Of a DNA stretch of 64,000 nt, positions 18,050 to 26,056 are shown piece after piece. Position 1 is the stretch's first letter, and every line of letters begins with the position of its first letter. This stretch comes from an uncultured Planctomycetota bacterium (GTDB taxonomy: Bacteria > Planctomycetota > DG-23 > CAZBND01), in contig CAZBND010000003.1 of the NCBI GenBank assembly GCA_964493415.1, positions 90,229 through 154,228 on the forward strand, in the 5' to 3' direction. The notes below the pieces were generated by a model. That model did no database searches. It saw only the letters and a program-made list of their open reading frames with translations, and was not told the DNA's origin. A program made the position numbers and the translations under genes.

Positions 18050-19729
18050 TCACGCCGCAGTTGAGTTCAGCCCGATTATGATCCTGGCGAGCTTGGCGGG
18101 ATCGTGCCTCAGGAGGTCTTGCTTTTCCCACAGCACGCGCCTGCTCCCGCCTTCCAGCTTCTCCAGCAGGTCCGCCTCGACCACCTGGACCCCCAACCGG
18201 TGCAGGTCCTCGTCCACCTTGACCAGTTCCGCTCCCGCACGTGCATACGCCTCAAGCACTTCGGGAGGCGGTACTTTGTTGTTCACGAGCACATAATCGA
18301 GCGCTTCCGCTCCTATTTGCTCGATTATCGCCTTCACATGGTCCGAGGCGGAATAGCCGTCGGTCTGACCCGGCTGGGTCACAATATTGCATACATACAC
18401 GGTCGTGGCCTTCGATAGACGGACGGCTCCGGCGATTCCTTCGACGAGCAGGTTGCTTATCACACTGGTATACAGACTTCCGGGCCCGAGGATCACATAG
18501 TCGGCCTTGACGATCTCCTCGATAGCCTCTTCGCTCGCGGGAGCGTCTGCAAGGCTGAGGAAGACCCGCTTTATGGGCGGCTTGTTCAGCTTGCGGACGT
18601 TCAGCTCTCCCTCGATTATCTGGCCGTCGTTGAGCTCGGCGCAGATTTGCGCGTCCGCGGTGGTGGAAGGGAGGACTTTCCCCCTTATCGCCAGGATGCG
18701 GCTGGTCTCCTTCAGCGCTTCTTCAAAGCTTCCCGTCACCTTAGCGAGGGCTGCGATGAAAAGATTACCCATCGTCATGCCCTCGAGGGAGCCGTTCTCG
18801 AACCGGTACTGGAACAGCTTGTGAACCAGCTCCTCCGATTCCGCCAATGCCACCAGGCAATTGCGGATGTCCCCCGGCGGCGGCAGCCCGAAATCCGCGC
18901 GTATCTTGCCCGAACTCCTCCCCGCATCCGTGACTGCGACCACAGCCGTCAGGTCTCTCGTGTAGCTCTTGATCCCCTCCAGCAGAATCGGCAGTCCCGT
19001 TCCCCCGCCGACCGCCACCACCTTTGGGTCAGGCCCTCGTTTGCTTCTGTTTATGAACTTTATGTAGTCAACAAGCTCGGAAAGTCTGTCAATCTCGAAG
19101 TGCGGGTCCTCGAGCCCCGAACGCGGCCGCAGATCCTTGAAGCGCCCGTGCCTCATTTGCACGGTGATCATCCCGAGCCTGTTTGAAATCGTTATCTCGG
19201 AATGAATCCTATCGCCGACCGAAATAACCTCGCTCGGGTGGAGGGAATAGCTGCGCATGATATCCAGGTAGCACTCTTCCTGCGTTGGGCCACGCTCCTC
19301 GTCGCTGATGATGATCTCGTCGAAGTACGGCCTGAGCCCCAGCATGTCTATCTTGCGCTCTTGCCTGCCGTGCACTCCACGGGTTACCAGGAAAGTCATG
19401 ATGGAAGCTTCGCGCAGCCTGCTCAGCGTGGGAACAACGTCAGGGAAGGGCCTGATGTCCAGCACTTCATCGCTGTTGTAGCCTTCCAGGGCCGCCTTGA
19501 CAAGTTCGTCTCCCATGCCGTACGTCTGGGCGATCTTGTCGAAGGCGTTTACCCGGGGGCCAAATCGCTCGGCGATTTCCAACTGCTTTTGGTAGGCGGC
19601 CTCTTCCGAGAGCGGAAGCCCCGCCCGCACCATGGCCCTGGCTGCGCGCCGTCGTGCCGCTTCAACCAATAGGCCGCTGCAGTCGTAGAGCGTGTCGTCC
19701 AGGTCGAAAATCGCAGCTCTTACGCTCAC
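18050..19729 (-). CDS. fusion: N-terminal HAD-superfamily phosphatase domain + YvcK/CofD-family (UPF0052, gluconeogenesis factor) domain
   Basis: Residues 1-~215 carry HAD motifs (FDLDDTLYD, SVGDRIHSEI). Residues ~225-559 align by eye over the whole length with B. subtilis YvcK (GGGTGLPILL, PPPGDIRNCLVAL, LGPGSLYTSV, TDGYSASDH). Confidence 0.75.
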   Translation of the reverse strand: MSVRAAIFDLDDTLYDCSGLLVEAARRRAARAMVRAGLPLSEEAAYQKQLEIAERFGPRVNAFDKIAQTYGMGDELVKAALEGYNSDEVLDIRPFPDVVPTLSRLREASIMTFLVTRGVHGRQERKIDMLGLRPYFDEIIISDEERGPTQEECYLDIMRSYSLHPSEVISVGDRIHSEITISNRLGMITVQMRHGRFKDLRPRSGLEDPHFEIDRLSELVDYIKFINRSKRGPDPKVVAVGGGTGLPILLEGIKSYTRDLTAVVAVTDAGRSSGKIRADFGLPPPGDIRNCLVALAESEELVHKLFQYRFENGSLEGMTMGNLFIAALAKVTGSFEEALKETSRILAIRGKVLPSTTADAQICAELNDGQIIEGELNVRKLNKPPIKRVFLSLADAPASEEAIEEIVKADYVILGPGSLYTSVISNLLVEGIAGAVRLSKATTVYVCNIVTQPGQTDGYSASDHVKAIIEQIGAEALDYVLVNNKVPPPEVLEAYARAGAELVKVDEDLHRLGVQVVEADLLEKLEGGSRRVLWEKQDLLRHDPAKLARIIIGLNSTAA

Positions 19730-19972
19730 TCTTGGACTCTCAGGGAGCCATCCGTTTTCCGGCTTGGCGAATTATAGCAATACGCAACAATAGCGTCAAC
19801 GAAAGGAAACACCTTTTGATGTTGTCGTACGCGCAGCCATGAGATAAACTTACCTGCCGGGACATGAGACCGCCAAACTCCTACAAGTTGCCTGGGGGGC
19901 AAAATCAAGCCGCTGACGGAACTACTTTCAATCCAGAGGATATCGATCCTCAAGGGCACGACGAAGCCGGAA

Positions 19973-20359
19973 GTGATCCGCGAGATGGTCGATCTTCTGG
20001 CGGCGTCGCCGCTGGTCGAGGATCCTGAAGAACTCCACCGTGCCGTGCTCGAGCGCGAGAAGATCCTGAGTACGGGCATAGGTCTTGGAATCGCCGTTCC
20101 GCATGCCAAAGTTCCATCGGCGGACGACATCGTCGCAGGCATAGGCAAGACACAGGTCCCCATCGATTACGGCTCCATTGATGATGAGCCCGTCCGTATC
20201 GTCGTAATGATCGCCGCCGCACCCTACCAGCAGGACGACTACATAAGAGCTCTCGCGAGCGTCACCCTTTTCCTGAAAAACAACGAGGTGCGCGCGTCCA
20301 TTATCGCCGCCGAGACACGGGAAGAGATTGCCGAACTGATCGCCCGGGGCTCGCGATAG
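19973..20359 (+). CDS. ptsN: PTS EIIA type-2 (PtsN/EIIA-Ntr-like) regulatory protein; annotated from first canonical start
   Basis: PTS_EIIA_2 motifs (REKILSTGIGLGIAVPHAKV, phosphorylatable His). About 27 further conserved N-terminal codons lie in-frame upstream (see finding). Confidence 0.6.
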   Translation: MIREMVDLLAASPLVEDPEELHRAVLEREKILSTGIGLGIAVPHAKVPSADDIVAGIGKTQVPIDYGSIDDEPVRIVVMIAAAPYQQDDYIRALASVTLFLKNNEVRASIIAAETREEIAELIARGSR

Positions 20360-20399
20360 TCTCCTGCCCTCCCAGGCCTTCCCCAGCCGGATTCCCGCT

Positions 20400-20987
20400 T
20401 CAGGCAAGATGCCCCAGCTTCCGCCGTTTGGTTTCAAGGTAGCGGCAGTTCAGCTCGTGCTCGTCCACCCAGAGCGGCTCCCGCTCCACTTCCAATCCGC
20501 GCCCCTTGAGGCTGTCAAGCTTCGAGGGGTTATTGGTCAGCAGCCTAACCTTGCATATGCCTAGACTCTTCAATATCTCGGCCGCGAGCGTGAACTCCCT
20601 GTGATCCTTCTCGAAGCCGAGGGCTTTGTTGGCGTCCACCGTATCCAGCCCCGTATCCTGGAGCTGGTACGCCCGCAGCTTGTTCAGGAGCCCAACCCCG
20701 CGCCCTTCGTGGTTGTAAGCGTATATCAAGACCCCTAGCGGGGCTTTTCCGATCTTCTCCAAGCTTCTCGTCAGTTGCTTCCCGCAGTCGCATCGCAAGG
20801 AGTTGAACACGTCGCCGGTCAGGCAGGCGCTGTGGATCCTCACTAGGGCAGGGCGTTCCCCGTTCGGTTCACCGTTTACGAGCACCAGGTACTCTTCGTT
20901 ATTGAAGCCCCGGTAGCCGTGAACCGTAAAGGTTCCAAAGCGCGTCGGAAGCTTGCTTGTCGCAACTCGCTCTACCATGGCAGACAT
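20400..20987 (-). CDS. ribA: GTP cyclohydrolase II
   Basis: RibA motifs (RIHSACLTGD, Cys triad C-x2-C...C, NHEGRGVGL). ATG at 20987 verified; the longer ORF would run into the tRNA. Confidence 0.85.
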   Translation of the reverse strand: MSAMVERVATSKLPTRFGTFTVHGYRGFNNEEYLVLVNGEPNGERPALVRIHSACLTGDVFNSLRCDCGKQLTRSLEKIGKAPLGVLIYAYNHEGRGVGLLNKLRAYQLQDTGLDTVDANKALGFEKDHREFTLAAEILKSLGICKVRLLTNNPSKLDSLKGRGLEVEREPLWVDEHELNCRYLETKRRKLGHLA

Positions 20988-21116
20988 CCTTTCCGGCTCT
21001 CGCCGCCACTCCACAACGCTCAGCCCTCCAGGGAGTAATGGCGCTCCACTGAGGCGTTCTCCAGAGACGAGAATCGTAAGAGGAAGAGCAGTGAAAGCCG
21101 TTGCATAAGGTCCAGG

Positions 21117-21189
21117 TGGAGATAGCGGGATTCGAACCCGCGACCTCGGCAATGCGAGTGCCGCGCTCTCCCAACTGAGCTATATCCCC
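21117..21189 (-). tRNA. tRNA-Ala (anticodon CGC)
   Basis: Reverse complement GGGGATATAGCTCAGTTGGGAGAGCGCGGCACTCGCATTGCCGAGGTCGCGGGTTCGAATCCCGCTATCTCCA folds as a cloverleaf with a G3:U70 Ala identity pair and anticodon loop CTCGCAT. CCA not encoded. Confidence 0.85.
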
Positions 21190-21335
21190 GGTTTGCCGCT
21201 CTAGAAAGATACTACATTCGCGGGCTTTCCAAGTCAACCCCGCTCGCGCTGTGGCCGGCCCCGGTCCCGTCCCCGAAAGGGGGGCGTCCGCGCCCGTTGT
21301 GATTGACTTCTCTCCGCCTGCAACGTTAGAATCCA

Positions 21336-22400
21336 TTGGTGATTTCGGGGATGCCTATGCCTTCCGACCTTGTGGTCATACGCGCCTCCAAGCCGGATTC
21401 GAACGTTGCCGAGCTCCTGCGCGAAAAGGGGGCGCGCATCGTACCCTTTGCCGAGGGTTACTCCGAAGCCTACATGCCCAGCGCCCGCGTCCTCGTTTAC
21501 AGGAAAACGGCTCATTCGTTCCTTGCCTCCCTCGAAGATAGAACCCTCTTCGTCGAGGCCACTGAGAGCGCCGACGGAGACAAGGCCGGCGTATTTCTCA
21601 TAGAAGGCGAGGACTTGCTTGAGACGCGGGGGTTCCATCCCAATGCCGTCAGGGGGGCCGTCACGTCGCTCATTCTCCAGTACGGTGTTTCCGTAGTTAC
21701 CAGCGAGTCGCCCGAGGAAACTGCTGAACTCATCCTCATGATGGCCAAGCAGGAGCAGCACGGTATCCCCGAGACAACGCTTCATCCGAAAAGGCGTGCC
21801 ATAGACATGCCTGATACGCAACGCCGCGTCGTCGAAATGCTGCCCGGGACGGGCCTTGTCATCGCCAGGGAGCTTCTCAAGAAGTTCGGTACCATAGAGA
21901 AAATCGCCTCGGCATCCGTTGAGGAGCTGGCCGAGGTGAAAGGGGTAGGCAAGGCGAAGGCGGGCGCAATCCGCAGGGTATTCGCGGAGCGCTACGAGGA
22001 CGTGGACAGCGAACGCGAAATAGAGGATGCGCTCGCCGAAGACCCCTCTCTCCTCTTTCCGAAAGCGCCAACGCTTCTCGCCAGGCAGCACCGCCTCCGG
22101 CTCGAAGACGGGACCCAGGGCGTAATCGACATGCTCTTTCTCGACGAAAGGGACCGGATTCTCTACGTCGTCGAGGTGAAGAAGCAGCCGGTGACCCTGA
22201 TGGACTACAGGCAGGTAAAGGCGTACATGCAGGCCGCAGCGAACTCCGAACTCATAGCGCGCCACCTGCGAGCCGGCGCTTCACTCCATGGCATCCTGGT
22301 TTCCGTTGCCCAGTCGAACTTTCAGTCTCCCAGCGAATCGGTCGAAGTGCGCGCCGTGGACAAGGCCAAAGTGCTGCAAGCGCTCGGGAAGATGCGATGA
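21336..22400 (+). CDS. three-domain nuclease-family protein: ERCC4/ERCC1-like fold (catalytic motifs apparently degenerate) + HhH2 + C-terminal PD-(D/E)xK (NucS/restriction-endonuclease-like) domain
   Basis: The N-terminal ~150 aa align by eye with archaeal XPF/Hef nuclease domains, but with YRK in place of ERK and no DxRE or GDY acidic residues. GTGLVIARELLKKFG...VKGVGKAKAGAI forms a tandem HhH. The C-terminal IDMLFLDERDRILYVVEVKK fits a D...(D/E)xK nuclease core. TTG start; the stop overlaps the mrfA ATG (ATGA). Confidence 0.55.
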   Translation: MVISGMPMPSDLVVIRASKPDSNVAELLREKGARIVPFAEGYSEAYMPSARVLVYRKTAHSFLASLEDRTLFVEATESADGDKAGVFLIEGEDLLETRGFHPNAVRGAVTSLILQYGVSVVTSESPEETAELILMMAKQEQHGIPETTLHPKRRAIDMPDTQRRVVEMLPGTGLVIARELLKKFGTIEKIASASVEELAEVKGVGKAKAGAIRRVFAERYEDVDSEREIEDALAEDPSLLFPKAPTLLARQHRLRLEDGTQGVIDMLFLDERDRILYVVEVKKQPVTLMDYRQVKAYMQAAANSELIARHLRAGASLHGILVSVAQSNFQSPSESVEVRAVDKAKVLQALGKMR

Positions 22401-24709
22401 GCTTCGTGGACTTCATATACGCGCTCGAAAAGGCCCCCGGACTGAGGGGACGCGCGGTTCACATCGAGGAGATCCCGGCTAGACAGGCGCGATACGGCAA
22501 GCTCCGCAGGCGGCTCCCCGCCGAAGTCCAGGTCGCGCTTGACCGAATGGAAATCCGCAGGCTCTACGTTCACCAGTCGAAAGCGATTAATCTCGTGCGC
22601 GAATCCAAGGACGTCGTCATTGCTACCTCCACGGCCAGCGGCAAGACCCTTTGCTATAACATCCCCGTAGCCGAGCGACTTGTCTCCGATGAATCGGCCC
22701 GCGCACTCTACATCTTTCCCACCAAGGCCCTCGCTCAGGATCAGCTCAGGGCGCTGGGCGAGTTTGCAAGAGACGTCCCCCCCCTTCTTGACGCGCTCAA
22801 TGCGGGAACCTACGACGGTGACACTCCCAGCGCGAGCCGCAGGAAGGTCCGCCAGAGCATGCGAATCGTCCTCACAAATCCCGACATGATTCACCAGGGA
22901 ATTTTACCCTATCACGCCAAGTGGGCCGATTTCTTCGAAGGCCTCTCGTACATCGTGGTGGACGAGATACATCAATATCGCGGGATATTCGGCTCACACG
23001 TGGCTAACGTCTTCAGGCGCCTCAGGCGAGTGTGCGCCAGATACGGAGCGGACCCGACGTTCGTCTGCTGTTCCGCGACCATCTCCAACCCCAAGCAGCT
23101 TGCCGAACGGCTCAGCGGCAAGGCAATGGAACTGGTTGATGAAGACGGTTCCCCCCAGGGCAAGAAGTACTTCGCTCTCTGGAACCCCCCGCTTCTCCCC
23201 GGCCAGGACTTCGTGCGCAAGAGTTCCAACGTCGAAGCCAAGGAGGCTCTCGTGGACCTCGTGAAGAAGGGGGTCCCGACGATCGTGTTCACCAACGCCC
23301 GCGTCGTCGCCGAACTCATATATCGATACGCGCATGACGATCTTAACGCCCAGGCGCCGGCGCTCGCCGACCGAGTGCGCCCCTACCGCGGCGGATACCT
23401 GCCCTCGGAGCGGCGTGAGATCGAAAAGCAGTTGTTCTCCGGAGAGCTGCTGGCCGTCACGGCGACATCCGCGCTGGAACTCGGAATCGACGTCGGCACG
23501 CTGGAAGCCTGCATAATGGTCGGGTTCCCGGGCTCGATCGCCAGCATGTGGCAGCGGGCCGGCCGCGCAGGCCGAAGGTCCGACGAAAGCCTGGTCATGC
23601 TCATAGCCTATGACGATCCCATCGACCAGTACTTCATGAGGCACCCGCGGTATCTGTTCGGCGAGAGCGTCGAGGAGGCGATAATCGAGCCCGAGAACAA
23701 GTACATCCTCGCGTCCCATCTCGGGTGCGCCGCTTTCGAAATCCCCGTCAGACAGGTGGACGAGAATCGGTTCGGGGCCCTTACAGTGCCGATCTCGAAT
23801 GCGTTGGCCGAGGCGGGGGCCTTAAAGAAATCGGGCGACGGCTACTACTGGTCATCGGCCGATTTTCCGGCCTCGAAAATCTCTCTTCGGACGATCTCGG
23901 GGGACACCTACGCCATCATCGAGAAGACATCCGAAGGTGTGGGCACGCTCGGGCAGGTCGATTCGATCAGTGCGCCGGAGCTGCTCTATCCTGGGGCCGT
24001 CTACATGCACCAGGGACAGACATATCTGGTGCGTCGCCTGGACACCGAAGGCAAGGTGGCCCACGTGGAGGGAGCTGAGGTCGATTACTACACGCAGCCG
24101 ATCCTGGATTCCGCCGTGCGCGTGCTGAGCACTGACCAGGAGCGACGCACGGCAAACGCCGCCGTTTGCTTCGGCGGCGTGCACGTCCGCTGGGCCACCG
24201 TCGGCTTCAAGAAAGTCCAGTTCTACTCCGGCAACCCCATAGGGTACGGCAAGCTTGATCTGCCCGCGCAGAACATGGAGACAAAAGGCTTCTGGCTGAT
24301 CCCCGACAGAGACGTCCTGGAGGAGGTCGCCGCTGCCGGGCTCTCCTGTTCCGAGGGTCTGTGGGCTGTCAGGAACCTTTTGCTGGTGCTCCTGCCCGTG
24401 CTTTCCGGCTGCGACCGGTCCGACCTCCGCGGCACCGTCAACTTCCGGGAGGCGGGCTCTCCCGCCGTCTTTATCTACGACTGGTATCTCGGTGGGCTCG
24501 GGCTCACTGAACGTGCATACGAGCGCGCCGAGGAACTGCTGAGCGCATGCAAAGAGGTGATAGCCGATTGCCCGTGTGAGGACGGCTGCCCATCGTGCGT
24601 CGGCTTCGTCATGCCTTCCAGGCCCCTTCACCAGGACCCCGACCTGTCGGGCGGAAAGCGAATACCCAGCAGGAAAGCCGCTAGGGCGCTCCTCGACCTG
24701 CTGACCTAG
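22397..24709 (+). CDS. mrfA: MrfA/YprA-family DExH-box helicase with C-terminal DUF1998 zinc-binding domain
   Basis: Helicase motifs (TASGKT, DEIHQYRG, SATISN, ARG finger QRAGRAGR). C-terminal four-Cys DUF1998 (CPCEDGCPSCVGF). About 770 aa, like B. subtilis YprA. Confidence 0.8.
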   Translation: MSFVDFIYALEKAPGLRGRAVHIEEIPARQARYGKLRRRLPAEVQVALDRMEIRRLYVHQSKAINLVRESKDVVIATSTASGKTLCYNIPVAERLVSDESARALYIFPTKALAQDQLRALGEFARDVPPLLDALNAGTYDGDTPSASRRKVRQSMRIVLTNPDMIHQGILPYHAKWADFFEGLSYIVVDEIHQYRGIFGSHVANVFRRLRRVCARYGADPTFVCCSATISNPKQLAERLSGKAMELVDEDGSPQGKKYFALWNPPLLPGQDFVRKSSNVEAKEALVDLVKKGVPTIVFTNARVVAELIYRYAHDDLNAQAPALADRVRPYRGGYLPSERREIEKQLFSGELLAVTATSALELGIDVGTLEACIMVGFPGSIASMWQRAGRAGRRSDESLVMLIAYDDPIDQYFMRHPRYLFGESVEEAIIEPENKYILASHLGCAAFEIPVRQVDENRFGALTVPISNALAEAGALKKSGDGYYWSSADFPASKISLRTISGDTYAIIEKTSEGVGTLGQVDSISAPELLYPGAVYMHQGQTYLVRRLDTEGKVAHVEGAEVDYYTQPILDSAVRVLSTDQERRTANAAVCFGGVHVRWATVGFKKVQFYSGNPIGYGKLDLPAQNMETKGFWLIPDRDVLEEVAAAGLSCSEGLWAVRNLLLVLLPVLSGCDRSDLRGTVNFREAGSPAVFIYDWYLGGLGLTERAYERAEELLSACKEVIADCPCEDGCPSCVGFVMPSRPLHQDPDLSGGKRIPSRKAARALLDLLT

Positions 24710-25068
24710 CGGCCGGTTCCCTCGACGCGGATCGTCTCCTCGAACTCATCGCCGTTTCTGATCAGCACCGATATCGACGTCTCGTCCGGCGATTCCCGGA
24801 ATTCCAGGTGCTCGGCCTGCGTGACGGGCTGGAGATCATCGCAAACCGATTCCAGCAGCCGGATGCGGCCCGCCGATGCCGCAACCACCAGCGCCTCGAT
24901 CTTCCTGCGATATAGATTGTAGAAGGCAACCTGACGCGCGGGCGGTATGATACAATGTCTCACGGCAAAGGCAACCTTGGGCCTTCACGAAGCTCCCCGG
25001 CGCTGCTCGCTCGCGGAGATTGACTCTTCCCCTCAGCCATGATAAAAATCAGCGGAGGAAATGATTGC

Positions 25069-25944
25069 ATGAAAAGCGACAGAGCGCGCAGACTCCTTGA
25101 GAAGCTGCGAAGCGTCGGGAGCCCGGTGGTGTCCGGCAGCGACTTGGATGATATTCGCCGGAAAGCCGCCCGAGAGTACGAGCCCGTCCCGATCAAGGAA
25201 GCCCTGCAGGGGAAGATCCGGAGGACAAAGAGCGGCGCAGTGTGGCTGGTTGAGTGCACGGCCGCGGACGTCAGGCCGAGCGCCGGCGAACTTGAGCAAA
25301 GGTACCTCAGGGTCTTCAGACATGCTTCCACTTCGCGACCCCACGAGGAATACCACCCCGAGGTCCGGCACTGCCTTCGCGGGGGGCTCGACCGCTTGCT
25401 GTTCCTAGACGTCGAGACCACCGGCCTGCAGTCGGCCATGATATTCCTTGTGGGGACCATGCGCTGGGTCGGCGACGGCTTCCTGATAAGGCAGTTCTTC
25501 GCCCGGGATTACCCCGAAGAGTCCGCGGTCATGGAGTCCGTTCGCCGGGAGGGATCCGCCGCCGGAGTCCTTGTGACCTTCAATGGCAAGACCTTCGATC
25601 TTCCTTCCCTTCACGACAGGGCTAGGTACCACGGGGTCCATTTCCGCTGGACCAAGCCTCACTGCGACCTTCTCCACGAAGCCAGACGACAGTGGAAGAA
25701 CATTCTTCCCAACTGCCGTTTGCAGACGCTTGAAGCCGCCGTCTGCGGCACGCCGAGGGGAGCAGACATACCGGGGTGGGAGATACCGAACGCCTACCAC
25801 GAGTACGCCAGGACGGGAGACGCTCGAAAGATGACCGCCATTGCAAATCACAACGCTCGCGACCTTCTCGCCATGGCGGACATATTGGTCTCGGTCCTCG
25901 AAGGCCGCGTGCCCGAGAGCATCGACTGGACAAGTCTTGCCTGA
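25069..25944 (+). CDS. mrfB: MrfB/YprB-family RNase H-like DEDD 3'-5' exonuclease
   Basis: Exo I motif LFLDVETTGL and RNase_H_2 (PolB-exo-like) architecture. Start set at the ATG (25069) preceded by GGAGG; the ORF also opens at ATG 25039. Confidence 0.65.
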   Translation: MKSDRARRLLEKLRSVGSPVVSGSDLDDIRRKAAREYEPVPIKEALQGKIRRTKSGAVWLVECTAADVRPSAGELEQRYLRVFRHASTSRPHEEYHPEVRHCLRGGLDRLLFLDVETTGLQSAMIFLVGTMRWVGDGFLIRQFFARDYPEESAVMESVRREGSAAGVLVTFNGKTFDLPSLHDRARYHGVHFRWTKPHCDLLHEARRQWKNILPNCRLQTLEAAVCGTPRGADIPGWEIPNAYHEYARTGDARKMTAIANHNARDLLAMADILVSVLEGRVPESIDWTSLA

Positions 25945-26056
25945 CCTGCCCGCCGCGCGGCGTGACCTCCAGCCGCCACGCGGGATTCTATATCGGCGGC
26001 GCGCTCAAGCCCAGCGTCCACTTCCTTCGATAACAATAGAATGGGGTCCCACCACG

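Noticed and set aside
20988-21152. N-terminal 55-codon extension of the ribA ORF
   Set aside because: Would overlap tRNA-Ala. An internal ATG at 20987 gives a normal-length RibA.
21234-22265. 343-codon - strand ORF
   Set aside because: Antisense to the ERCC1-like/PD-(D/E)xK nuclease gene, and its start would overlap the tRNA-Ala region. No domain features.
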